From NCBI GenBank assembly GCA_002269645.1, contig NIVC01004291.1, positions 1-51,591 on the forward strand: a stretch of DNA of 51,591 nt, given 5' to 3'. The stretch comes from Macrostomum lignano. Lineage: Eukaryota. The notes under the pieces were generated by a model, which saw only the letters and a program-made list of their open reading frames with translations, had not been told where the DNA came from and searched no databases. Position numbers and translations under genes: made by a program. Below, one piece after another: positions 36,089 to 47,494 of the stretch (positions within the stretch are counted from its first letter, which is position 1; every line of letters starts with the position of its first letter).

Positions 36089-39000
36089 TCAGTCACCATC
36101 CTTCACAATGTGCAGGTAGATTGTACACTCGCTTCCCGTGTCTCCTTCGCCATCCTGACCCTGACAGCCATCGCAGAGCCCTGACCTGGCCAACGGCTTG
36201 TGCTGGTGTTGCTGCACAGTGGCATAGCTGCACTCCCCGTCAGCTTCCGGTGAGGGCACTCGTTGCTAAAATTTCCGTTGCATTATTTTTTATTTAAAAG
36301 TACTCAATTGAAACTTTGAGCTTCAATCAACTCACATTGTCGGTGGCCATGGCTACGGGCCAGCTGTTTGGCAGCATGGAATTCTCAATGCTAGTCTTTG
36401 GTTCCCTCGCGGTGAAGGCGCTGGACTCATTTCGAGTTCCAGCTTCATCAGTTCTTTTTGTACTTCTTGAACCTGTTCTCTGGCGCTGAACATGCGAAAG
36501 TTGTTGCTGAGTGCTTCTGCTTATGTAGTAGGTAACATTGACTGTATTACTGCCTACTACAGCATCTCCACTCGCTCTACTACAGAATCTCCCGTTTCCC
36601 TTCTACAGCATCTCCACCCGCTCTACTACAGCATCTCCCATCACCCTACTACAGCATCTCCCATTTCCATACTACAGCATCTCCCATCGCCCTACTACAG
36701 CATCTCCCATTTCCCTACTACAGCATCTTCCATCACCCTACTACAGCATCTCCCATCACCCTACTACAGCATCTCCCATTTCCATACTACAGCATCTCCC
36801 ATCGCCCTACTACAGCATCTCCCATTTCCCTACTACAGCATCTTCCATCACCCTACTACAGCATCTCCCATCACCCTACTACAGCATCTCCCATTTCCAT
36901 ACTACAGCATCTCCCATCGCCCTACTACAGCATCTCCCATTTCCCTACTACAGCATCTTCCATCACCCTACTACAGCATCTCCCATCACCCTACTACAGC
37001 ATCTCCCATCACCCTACTACAGCATCTCCCATTTCCATACTACAGCATCTCCCATCACCCTACTACAGCATCTTCCATCACCCTACTACAGCATCTCCCA
37101 TCACCCTACTACAGCATCTCCCACAGCCTCGCCCAAAATCCATGCACAGGGAACTCACAGCAGCCCTTATAGCAGCGGCTGAAATCAAAAGTACAAGCAG
37201 TACGCCTGCGGCTGCGCAGCCAGAGACAGCGGCGCCAGTGACGGTGCCAGATAAATGCGAGTCGGGCGACCTGTCGTCTAGAAAAATTGCTGATTGAATA
37301 TCTTTGATGATTCACTGCAAATGCGCACAGCAATGCTTGACAACTTACAGGCGTTGGGCTCGGGTGGCTCTTGCACACAAAGTGAGATTCCAGCAAAGCT
37401 CATGTAGGCGTCGTTGGCGCTATTTTTATCCAATACGTATCGCCTTAGTAGGAGCATCTTCACCTGCGCGTGTTCGAAATCGAGATTTTATACTCCGAGG
37501 ATTTTCCCTCAGGAGATTTTCCCTCAGGAGATTTTCCCTCAGGAGATTTTCCCTCAGGAGATTTTCCCTCAGGAGATTTTCCCTCAGGAGATTTTCCCTC
37601 AGGAGATTTTCCCTCAGGAGATTTTCCCTCAGGAGATTTTCCCTCAGAAGATTTTCCCTCAGGAGATTTTCCCTCAGGAGATTTTTACAAAAATTGCACT
37701 AAGTAAATATGCTCGGGCGGATGACACATGATACAAACTGAATCAGAACCAGGTATCGCATGGTAGATTGTCTTGTATGTTTAACGATTCAACGTACAAC
37801 GTGCATGTCGTTGTTTAACACTTTTATTGTCATTGTGTCGAAATGAAAACCTCGATCTCCCACAAGAAAAATCCTAAATCCACCCTGCGCGGATGATTTT
37901 TAATATGCAGTTACTACACTTGACTCTGCATTGCTTCAGTTCACCCAGCTGTAAAATGGCTGCCAGCATTAGCTGGGCCCATGGGGTAAATGAGGGTGTG
38001 TGTAGCGACCCCTCCCCCCAGTCCTTGGACTGAACAGCCGTACGCAGCCTTCAGATGGAGTTGCTGAGATGTCAGTGCACATGAGGCGATTGCTGAAATG
38101 CTTTGACTCATGGAGGAGGTTTTGCTGAGATTCCAAGGGTCAGTTGGAAGTTGTTTGGTAGGTCAAGCGAAGGGTAGATCAAAGGGAGAGTCAGGCTTAA
38201 GCCATGCTAAAAGGGAGGCTTTGATGCCAAAGCTCACAGTCATGCTGATATCTCAGGCTAGACCCGCATATTGCAGTTTCAGCAATTGCACAACAGTTTA
38301 CACTGAATAGGCTGCATTTACGCACCTGAGCGCTGCAGTACACTGTGAGAGCCTCTCCCTTCTCCACGCGATCATCCTTTGGTTTGGTGATTCCGCACAG
38401 CTTCCAGCCACTTCTAGTACCTCTGAAATAGCCGCTGATATTCCGATTCGAGCAGTGCTCATCACTGTTGAAGCTGTCGGAGGCGGAAGAGCTGGTCCAA
38501 ATTTCAATTCCAACAGACCTGTTGAACACCTTGGTGGCAGAGTCTGATTGAGAGATTCGGATGGGGAGCGCGTTTTGAGTTAGGACTGCTTATTGCCAGT
38601 GGGGTGAATTGAAATTGACATCTCAAATTCAGACGAAAAAATCCTGCATAAATGAACTCATAAGTGCCATAACATTCACCATTTCTGCCCGCAATGCTGA
38701 TGCAGTCAATATTCACAGACAAATTGAGCTGAAGCAGGAACCAGTGGTAGCCAGAGTCTGCCTGTCCTTTGCCTTTGGAATGATAATACAGGTAACTATG
38801 CTCGCCTTGTAGCAACTTATTCTCTTCTAAAAGGCTTCTGCTCCAAAAGCAGCCATGATTGAGTTTTGATGACTGCCAGGCAATAATAACAGTTTCCTTG
38901 CCGACGAATAATGAAGAATCTGAAAGGGCAAATATTGCTTGACCAATTAATTGATTAAGTGAACTCATGAATTGAAGGTGTGTCAGTATGTGTGTGTGAC

Positions 39001-41038
39001 ATCCAGGTGGATCGGTGAGTGAACTCATGAATTGAAGGTGTGTCAGTATGTGTGTGACATCCAGGTGGATCGGTGAGTGAACTCATGATTGGCAGGTGTG
39101 TCAGTATGTGTGTGTGACATCCAGGTGGATCGGTGAGTGAACTCATGAATTGAAGGTGTGTCAGTATGTGTGTGACATCCAGGTGGATCGGTGAGTGAAC
39201 TCATGATTGGCAGGTGTGTCAGTATGTGTGTGTGACATCCAGGTGGATCGGTGAGTGAACTCATGAATTGAAGGTGTGTCAGTATGTGTGTGACATCCAG
39301 GTGGATCGGTGAGTGAACTCATGAATTGCAGGTGTGTCAGTATGTGTGTGTGACATCCAGGTGGATCGGTGAGTGAACTCATGAATTGAAGGTGTGTCAG
39401 TATGTGTGTGACATCCAGGTGGATCGGTGAGTGAACTCATGATTGGCAGGTGTGTCAGTATGTGTGTGTGACATCCAGGTGGATCGGTGAGTGAACTCAT
39501 GATTGGCAGGTGTGTCAGTATGTGTGTGACATCCAGGTGGATCGGTGAGTGAACTCATGATTGGCAGGTGTGTCAGTATGTGTGTGTGACATCCAGGTGG
39601 ATCGGTGAGTGAACTCATGATTGGCAGGTGTGTCAGTATGTGTGTGACATCCAGGTGGATCGGTGAGTGAACTCATGATTGGCAGGTGTGTCAGTATGTG
39701 TGTGTGACATCCAGGTGGATCGGTGAGTGAACTCATGAATTGAAGGTGTGTCAGTATGTGTGTGACATCCAGGTGGATCGGTGAGTGAACTCATGATTGG
39801 CAGGTGTGTCAGTATGTGTGTGTGACATCCAGGTGGATCGGTGAGTGAACTCATGAATTGAAGGTGTGTCAGTATGTGTGTGACATCCAGGTGGATCGGT
39901 GAGTGAACTCATGATTGGCAGGTGTGTCAGTATGTGTGTGTGACATCCAGGTGGATCGGTGAGTGAACTCATGAATTGAAGGTGTGTCAGTATGTGTGTG
40001 ACATCCAGGTGGATCGGTGAGTGAACTCATGAATTGCAGGTGTGTCAGTATGTGTGTGTGACATCCAGGTGGATCGGTGAGTGAACTCATGAATTGAAGG
40101 TGTGTCAGTATGTGTGTGACATCCAGGTGGATCGGTGAGTGAACTCATGATTGGCAGGTGTGTCAGTATGTGTGTGTGACATCCAGGTGGATCGGTGAGT
40201 GAACTCATGAATTGAAGGTGTGTCAGTATGTGTGTGACATCCAGGTGGATCGGTGAGTGAACTCATGATTGGAAGGTGTGTCAGTATGTGTGTGTGACAT
40301 CCAGGTGGATCGGTGAGTGAACTCATGATTGGCAGGTGTGTCAGTATGTGTGTGTGACATCCAGGTGGATCGGTGAGTGAACTCATGAATTGAAGGTGTG
40401 TCAGTATGTGTGTGACATCCAGGTGGATCGGTGAGTGAACTCATGATTGGCAGGTGTGTCAGTATGTGTGTGTGACATCCAGGTGGATCGGTGAGTGAAC
40501 TCATGATTGGCAGGTGTGTCAGTATGTGTGTGACATCCAGGTGGATCGGTGAGTGAACTCATGATTGGCAGGTGTGTCAGTATGTGTGTGTGACATCCAG
40601 GTGGATCGGTGAGTGAACTCATGATTGGCAGGTGTGTCAGTATGTGTGTGTGACATCCAGGTGGATCGGTGAGTGAACTCATGATTGGCAGGTGTGTCAG
40701 TATGTGTGTGTGACATCCAGGTGGATCGGTGAGTGAACTCATGATTGGCAGGTGTGTCAGTATGTGTGTGTGACATCCAGGTGGATCGGTGAGTGAACTC
40801 ATGAATTGCAGGTGTGTCAGTATGTGTGTGTGACATCCAGGTGGATCGGTGAGTGAACTCATGAATTGCAGGTGTGTCAGTATGTGTGTGTGACATCCAG
40901 GTGGATCAGTGAAGAATGTCGTGAGATATATTCACCTTCAGAGGCAGGCTGGGCTGTGACAAGTGGTAGGCACCAGCTACACCAGCAGCTGCCAACAAGC
41001 GCCAGTAAGGCTGTTCTATAACAAAATTTGGTTTTCAT
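36089..41038 (-). CDS. Type I membrane protein with an F-type-lectin (FTP/discoidin-fold)-like ectodomain, about 380 aa
   Basis: Seven phase-compatible exons: 41038-40936, 38919-38680, 38543-38326, 37463-37349, 37277-37159, 36506-36336 (acceptor least certain), 36265-36089. Signal peptide MKTKFCYRTALLALVGSCWCSWCLPLVTA. FTP-like motifs AWQSS, YYHSK, HWFLLQL, IAGRND and EIWTS. TM GAAVSGCAAAGVLLVLLISAAAI. Tail contains SYATV and TIYLHI. Confidence 0.8.
36552..37123. repeat. Intronic minisatellite, 23-bp unit (ctactacagcatctcccatcacc)
   Basis: About 25 copies. Confidence 0.95.
37499..37684. repeat. 15-bp tandem repeat (gattttccctcagga), about 12 copies
   Basis: Near-perfect copies next to a lectin-gene acceptor. 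Confidence 0.95.
37915..38075 (-). mobile_element. Possible L2-clade LINE/SINE 3' fragment
   Basis: Minus strand ...ccattttacagctgggtgaactgaagcaatgcagagtcaagtg resembles the conserved L2/SINE tail as recalled from memory. Not searched. Confidence 0.35.
38957..40908. repeat. Intronic minisatellite, 58/60-bp units, partly arranged as a 118-bp higher-order repeat
   Basis: Unit gtgagtgaactcatga(ttggc/attga)aggtgtgtcagtatgtgtg[tg]tgacatccaggtggatcg. ORF-track starts recur every 118 bp. Confidence 0.97.
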
Positions 41039-41452
41039 AACAAAATCGGGTTCTCAGTTCAGCCTTGTTGATTTGCTAAAATTCCACAGGCAGCGAACCA
41101 GAATTCTAAGAATTGGCAAGGTTATATTTGCTCTATGACGGTTTTCTCGTAACCAATGCCAGTGAAGTGCAATGAGTCAAACCACAGGCCCCACTTGTTT
41201 GTGCAAGCCCTCTGTCCCTGGCTTAGATATTTCGAAGTGAATATTTATCACAGGAGGGAGCCTTCAGTCTTCACTTTTTATTGGAATTTTTTAGTTTTCT
41301 AAGCTAATATAAATAGAAAATTTCTCCATGTCTGCACTTCCGAATAGCAGATGGAGCAAGTGTGTGTTTGGGTCTGAGGCTGAATCAGAAGTTTTCTGAG
41401 TTCGTTAGGAATTAAAAGAATTCAATCCGTGTCTCAAATTTTGTCTATGGGC

Positions 41453-42216
41453 TAGGGGTGTTCGGGGTTCGGGGTTCGAGGTAGGGTGTTCCGGTCGGGT
41501 ATCAGGTTCGGGGTTAGGTGTTTGGGTTCGGGTTTTCGGGTCGGGCTTAGGGGGTCGGGTTTTCGGGGTTACTGCTTCAAAGGAAAAATAAACTTTAGCT
41601 ATTTTAAAAATAAAATTCTCCTAATGTCGTTATTTAACGTTTTTTTAAGTATAAAAGGCGAAAATTTAAACTTCGAAAAATCGAAATAATGCTTGAATTT
41701 AAGCTTTCAACTACAAATGTAGGGTTCCATGCAGGATATCTATGAATCTTTGGATTCTGGCTGGCCGCTGGACTATGCTTGTGGATTAAAAAATCCCTTT
41801 ATTTACAATTGCATACATTTTTATTAAACACATGAATTGCTGATGCCAATGGCAAAAGCACATCGTCCCGTGACATTTCTGATTTCAAAGATGTCAGAAA
41901 AGTCAATTATAGGGAGGAGAGAAGTGAAGACTTGAGATTGCTAGCTGATGACTAGAAATAGGAGTTAAGGAGCCAGGACTGCAAATGAGAACGAGAAGAC
42001 TACTAGAGGTACCTCAGGACGAGTAACTCTCTTCAGATGTCACTCCTGGAAAAAAGATCATCACGGAAAGCCTGAGATGAAGCGTTCTTCTTTCATGGAA
42101 AGTTCGGGGTCGGGTCGGGTCGGGTTTCGATCCGGGTCGGGTTTCGGGTTCGGGGTCAGTGTTTTAGGTTTTGGGTTTACCCTGAACCCGGAAAAATGGA
42201 AAGCCGAACACCCCTA
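41453..42216. mobile_element. Non-autonomous hAT element (MITE), 764 bp
   Basis: 13-bp TIRs taggggtgttcgg / ccgaacaccccta, perfect 8-bp TSD ctatgggc (41445-52 and 42217-24), repeated (g)ggttcggg/gggtc subterminal motifs, no ORF. Confidence 0.95.
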
Positions 42217-42937
42217 CTATGGGCCAGCTTCACAAGACGCAGAGATGTAGAAGAGGGCTACAGTCGAGTTTTGTCGAATGCTGAGAGCCAGCAGAATTCA
42301 AGAAAGCGACTTCGCACAGATTGCAGTGAGCTTTAAACCTTGAAATTAGGAACAGAAGTTGGTGTTCAGCTATCACTTGTCAGGCATGTAGCACTGATGC
42401 TAATGAGCTCTACATGGACGTGACACCGTCTCGCAGTGATAAGGAAGACAGGAGGATGGAACGTGAGGCGTCCGTGTTATTGCTTTCTATGGATGTTGCG
42501 TTACGGGTTAAATAAATTTGCGATATTCCTATCAGTTAATTTTGTGTTCCCCATGGCAGCGGATAATGTTTACTGAGAGCAAAACACTGGTGGGTGGACA
42601 AGGGGTGGGAGTGGGATGCATTTCGAGTTCGGATGTCCGTCTCTGAGGGTTCACGCGTCTCTCAGTATAGCTACGTGTAGAGTTTCTTAGTCAGAAATTT
42701 GCGTGTTGTCTATGGCCCAACCTACCTTTATTCTATATTAGCATTCAACTTTGGATAAAAACAAAACACTGAATAAGTTTTACGTGGTATTGCATGACCA
42801 TAGACAACATAGCGATAGATTTGTTCACTATCAGCCCACATTTATAGTCTATGGCCTAAAGCGTTTGGGTCGCCTCGAATTCACTCACTACTTATACATG
42901 CGATGCGAAGTTTAAATCTTTAGATTCTTCAATTCAA

Positions 42938-43591
42938 ATGAACTTGATTTCTGAAAGCAGCATGCAGCACAGCGACAAAGACGGTTTAGAAGACTTCGCC
43001 GATTCTCAGCACTCGCCATCAAGCGACTACTATGAAGATGGTTTCATCGTTGCAGACTTTGCGGTGTACAACAGCAGCAGCAGAGTGGTCGACGGGAAAT
43101 TTGGTCATCAGAGTGGGGATCAGGCGAGCATCGGGATCTCCTGCGCCCAGTGCAAGAAGCCGTTCTATTCTACCCGAGCGCTGAAGCAGCACGCTAGCCG
43201 AGAGCACAGCTCTGCAGCCAGACCGTTCGTCTGCGATCGGACTGACTGCCGCAAGGCCTTCAAAACTCGGTTCGGACTAAAGCGTCACTCGATGTCGCAT
43301 TCGAACGAACGGCCGTTCAAATGCGACATCTGCGGCCGCGGCTTCCTGGAGAAGGGCCACCTGCAGGTGCACCGTCGGATTCACTCCGGCGAGCGGCCGT
43401 ACAAGTGCCGCCACTGCGACTGCAGCTTTGCTCACAAGCCGCACGCGGTTGAGCACGAGCGAATCCACAGCGGTGAACGCCCGTTCGAGTGTCGTCAGTG
43501 CGGCCGGGCTTTCAAACGGCTGACGCATCTGCGCAATCATGAGAAACGCTTGCACAGGGCGGGCGCTACGGCTGATGCTGCACTGAGCTAG
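42938..43591 (+). CDS. C2H2 zinc-finger protein (5 fingers), single coding exon, 217 aa
   Basis: Fingers CAQC..H..H, CDRTDC..H..H, CDIC..H..H, CRHC..H..H and CRQC..H..H with HSGERP-type linkers. AATAAA at about 43628. Confidence 0.92.
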   Translation: MNLISESSMQHSDKDGLEDFADSQHSPSSDYYEDGFIVADFAVYNSSSRVVDGKFGHQSGDQASIGISCAQCKKPFYSTRALKQHASREHSSAARPFVCDRTDCRKAFKTRFGLKRHSMSHSNERPFKCDICGRGFLEKGHLQVHRRIHSGERPYKCRHCDCSFAHKPHAVEHERIHSGERPFECRQCGRAFKRLTHLRNHEKRLHRAGATADAALS

Positions 43592-44163
43592 AGGCACAAA
43601 CTCGCATGCATCAGAGACAGAATGCTCAATAAAAATAACATAGCGTTTCATTACGGAAATAAAAAATCACAACTGTTTACTGAAGTCTTTAAAATGTTTG
43701 TGAAGTCTTAAAGTCTTTAAAAATGGTTTTAGAGTTTTTTGCCTTGTATCAAGAGCTTGCAAAGCAGTTCTAAACAAACACGTGAGGGAACTTGACACTT
43801 CACTGGGGTAACGCATCATACAGTGTCTGCAGTACTCGTACCTAAAAATCTAAAAATAGGCCTGACTCAAGTTGATACCGAACGAAAGCTACGCATAGCT
43901 ACAATTAAATAAATTCACTGTGCTCCAGTGCACAATCAGCCCAGTAAACAATGTACATTTCGCGTACACAGAGAGACAGACCACGAAGGCTGATAGCTTG
44001 TCAAAGCTTTATTATTTTTGTATAGGAAATAGTGAAATAGAACTTAAATATGCTGAATGTACATCGACACACTTCTCGTTTAGTATAACACTCCTCTCGG
44101 TTTATTAACCACCCGAGGAGTGTGCTGATATTTTGCACTAGCATCAGGCACAGACGGCACAGC

Positions 44164-46089
44164 ATGGGTTCCAGCATGGCTCAAGCAGCTCACCAGACCG
44201 CCGAGTTGGACTCAACAATCGATGGTGCCGCCTACCTGATCGACTTTCAGGAGCGCCCGTTCTCCAACGGCAGCTGCCGCTTGGCATTTCAGGGCGTCTA
44301 CCGGGGCCGGGGGCCGCTGAACGGCAAGCGCTGCGTCGCCAAGGTGGCCATCGCGACATGTCGCCACGGCGGTGCCCTGGCAGACTACGAAGCCGACATG
44401 CAGGCCAGCAGGAAGGCGGGCAAGCTGGCCGAGCTGTTCAACAAGGAGTTCGTCAGCTCCAAGCCACTGCGGTTTGTGCAGCCAGCGATGGCCACCGTGC
44501 TGACCACTGGCAGCTGCTACTCGCGACGTGGCGACAAAATCCTTGTTGAAGAGTTCATCGAGGGCAGGTACGAGAAGTTCAACAACAATGCCCACTACCA
44601 GAGCGACGAGGTGGCCACCGTGCCCTGCTTCTCGCACTACACCTACTACAAGACTGGCGGCAGGTATCTCGTCTGCGACATCCAGGGCGTCAGGACTTCG
44701 CGAGGATACTGGCTGACTGACCCGGCGGTGCACAGCCGGGAGGGCGGCAAGTTCGGCGACACCGATTTGGGCAGAGACGGCTTCGTGCGGTTCTTCAGCA
44801 GCCACCGCTGCACCAGCGTCTGCATCCTGTTCCCCATCTCGGATTTGAAGTGAGTTGCGTAACTGGCTGCAGCATCCGCCTCTTCAGTCAGTTTTGTCTG
44901 TCACTTTTCTGTCACGCTCTGCCTCTCATTCCTTACTCCTCGCTGCACCTCTCTCCTACCTTCCCCTTCTCTCTTCCCTCCCCTTTCCCTCTCTGCCCTC
45001 CCCTCTCCCTCTCTGCCCTCCCCTCTCCCTCTCTGCCTTCCCCTCTCCCTCTCTGCCCTCCCGTCTCCCTCTCTGCCCTCCCGTCTTGCTATCTCTGCCT
45101 TCCCTCTCTGCCCTCCCGTCTCCCTCTCTGCCCTCCTTCTCTGCCCTCGCCTCTCCCTCTCTGCCCTCCCCTCTGACTCTCTGCCCTCCCCTGTCCCTCT
45201 CTGCCCTCCCCTCTCCCTCTCTGCCCTCCCGTCTCCCTCTCTGCCCTCCCCTCTCCCTCTCTGCCCTCCGTCTCCCTCTCTGCCCTCCCTCTCCCTCTCT
45301 GCCCTCCCGTCTCCCTCTCTGCCCTCCCGTCTCCCTCTCTGCCCTCGCCGCTCCCTCTCTGCCCTCCCCTGTCCCTCTCTGCCCTCCCTGTCTCTCTCCC
45401 TCTCCATCTCTCCCCTACCCTCTCCCTCTCCCCCACTCCCTCTCTCCCCTCTCTACCTCTCCTTCCCTGCATCTGTGTCTTTCTTTCCCTTCAATTTATC
45501 TCACTCTATCTCTTTCTTGCCATTCCAGTTGATTTAAAAATCAGCTTGTCAACTGCCATTGCTAATTTTCTGTGTCAAATCTTTCTCTATTCACTGTCAC
45601 AGCCTCCGTTCTGCACTCCATCACAATTATTTATCCCCAAATCATTGCATTCCCATCGCATCCCCTAGAGCCGGCCAGGACCTGCCAGAGGCGAGCTTCA
45701 ACCTGACCCGCAAGAACTACTGCGGCCGTCGCCTGAACGGCCCTCCCTGCGACTGCTGCGACGGCTCCTGCGGCCCCAGGAACGGCTGCAACTGCTGCGG
45801 CTGCATGCGCAGAGACCTTGAGGAGTTCGGCCTGCTCAAAATTCGAGCCTTAGTCAATCGGGAAGGCGCGGTCTCCAGACTGAGCAGCGAGACTAACAAA
45901 TTCTACTGCGGCAGGAAGAACATGGCTCGGGACCGCATGACTGACGGCTTCTGCGGCCCCAACAACGGCAACAACTGCCACGCCTGCCGCCAGCTCGACA
46001 TCCAGTCCAGGGACCGCTACTATCTCATTGTGCAGGCCTGGTTCGGCAAGGCCCTGCCAGAGCCCACCTCCATTGTGCACAGGGCCTGA
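44164..46089 (+). CDS. Alpha-kinase (eEF2K/MHCK family) with two C-terminal Cys-rich repeats, 368 aa
   Basis: Exons 44164-44849 and 45669-46089 (phase 2). Alpha-kinase motifs: FSNGSCRLAF, VAK, EEFIEGRYEKFNNN, FSHYTY, LVCDIQGV, LTDPAVHS, FGDTDLGRDG, FFSSHRCTSVC. Exon 2 has two YCG...DGxCGPxNGxNCxxC repeats. Confidence 0.92.
44945..45470. repeat. Pyrimidine-rich minisatellite (ctctccctctctgccctccc)
   Basis: Fills the alpha-kinase intron. Core similar to 17066-17662. Confidence 0.9.
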
Positions 46090-46094
46090 CCGCC

Positions 46095-46462
46095 TGACAC
46101 CACTAGCTGACGGCATATAGACCTGACTGACACCCTACAACCCTACCTGACACCCCATTGACCTAACTGACACCCATTGACCTAACTGACACCCTATTGA
46201 CCTAACTGACACCCCATTGACCTAACTGACATCCCATAGACCTAACTGACACCCCATAGACCTGACTGACATCCCACAGACCTAACTGACATCCCATTGA
46301 CACCCCATAGACCTAACTGACACCCCATTGACACCCCATAGACCTAACTGACACCCCATAGACCTAACTGACACCCCAAAGACCTGCCTGACATCCCATT
46401 GACCTGACTGACATCCAATAGACCTAGCTGACATCCCGTAGACCTACCAACTGACACCCCTC
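46095..46462. repeat. Minisatellite of about 20 bp (gacctaactgacaccccata)
   Basis: Starts immediately after the alpha-kinase stop codon. Confidence 0.9.
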
Positions 46463-47062
46463 AGACTAACTGCAGCCGCATTATTTACGCTTTGCAACTG
46501 GCGCCATCCTTCAATCCATTAGGAATTGAAAAGCAATCCACCAGCCATTTCATCTTTGAATTATAACAAAATTTCGCACTCGTTTCTACAATTTCAAATT
46601 GGCACACTGGCACCCGGACATAGGCATATTGTTTACATTGAATGGCGCTCGCACACTAATTTTGTCAGTCTGAATTAATTCTAATTCAGATTTGCTATTT
46701 TGTACCTTTGCTGAGTTGCACTTTTCCGGTAATATTCTTTGTTTTGTGTAGTTAAACCTTATAGCAGTGTAAATACTACATTTATGCATACTGTGATTTT
46801 AATGTCTGATTAACAACTTTTATGGGCTGCTGTCGCAGTTTGCTAAATCGGTGTTTATTTATCATTTATTGCGGCAAACTTATCTGGTACCCAAGGCCGA
46901 TTTACCAATAAACTATTTTAACCCAATCAGTACGATTTCTATGGCAAAATTTTCACTACACTACTGTCAAGTAGAAATGTGCGAATTTTTCTGTGAGAGA
47001 AAGAATTAGCGAATGAAGACAGGAACTTCTCTTAAATTTAGGAAAAGTACAGTAAGACCACT

Positions 47063-47494
47063 GGCACACCTATTCAAGCATCTCTGACACACCTATTCAA
47101 GCACCTCTGACACACATATTCAAGCATCTCTGACACACATTTTCAAGCACCCCTGACACACCTATTCAAGCATCTCTGACACACCTATTCAAGCATCTCT
47201 GACACACCTATTCAAGCACCTCTGACACACCTATTCAAGCATCTCTGACACACATTTTCAAGCACCCCTGACACACCTATTCAAGCATCTCTGACACACC
47301 TATTCAAGCATCTCTGACACACCTATTCAAGCACCTCTGACACACCTATTCAAGCACCCCTGGCACACCTATTCAAGCATCTCTGACACACCTATTCAAG
47401 CACCTCTGACACACATATTCAAGCACCCCTGGCACACCTATTCAAGCATCTCTGACACACCTATTCAAGCACCCCTGACACACCTATTCAAGCA
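47063..47494. repeat. 23-bp minisatellite (gacacacctattcaagcatctct)
   Basis: About 19 copies. Confidence 0.95.

Noticed and set aside
36425-36460. Hammerhead-like CTGATGA...GAAA on the minus strand
   Set aside because: No stem II can form and the site lies inside a coding exon.
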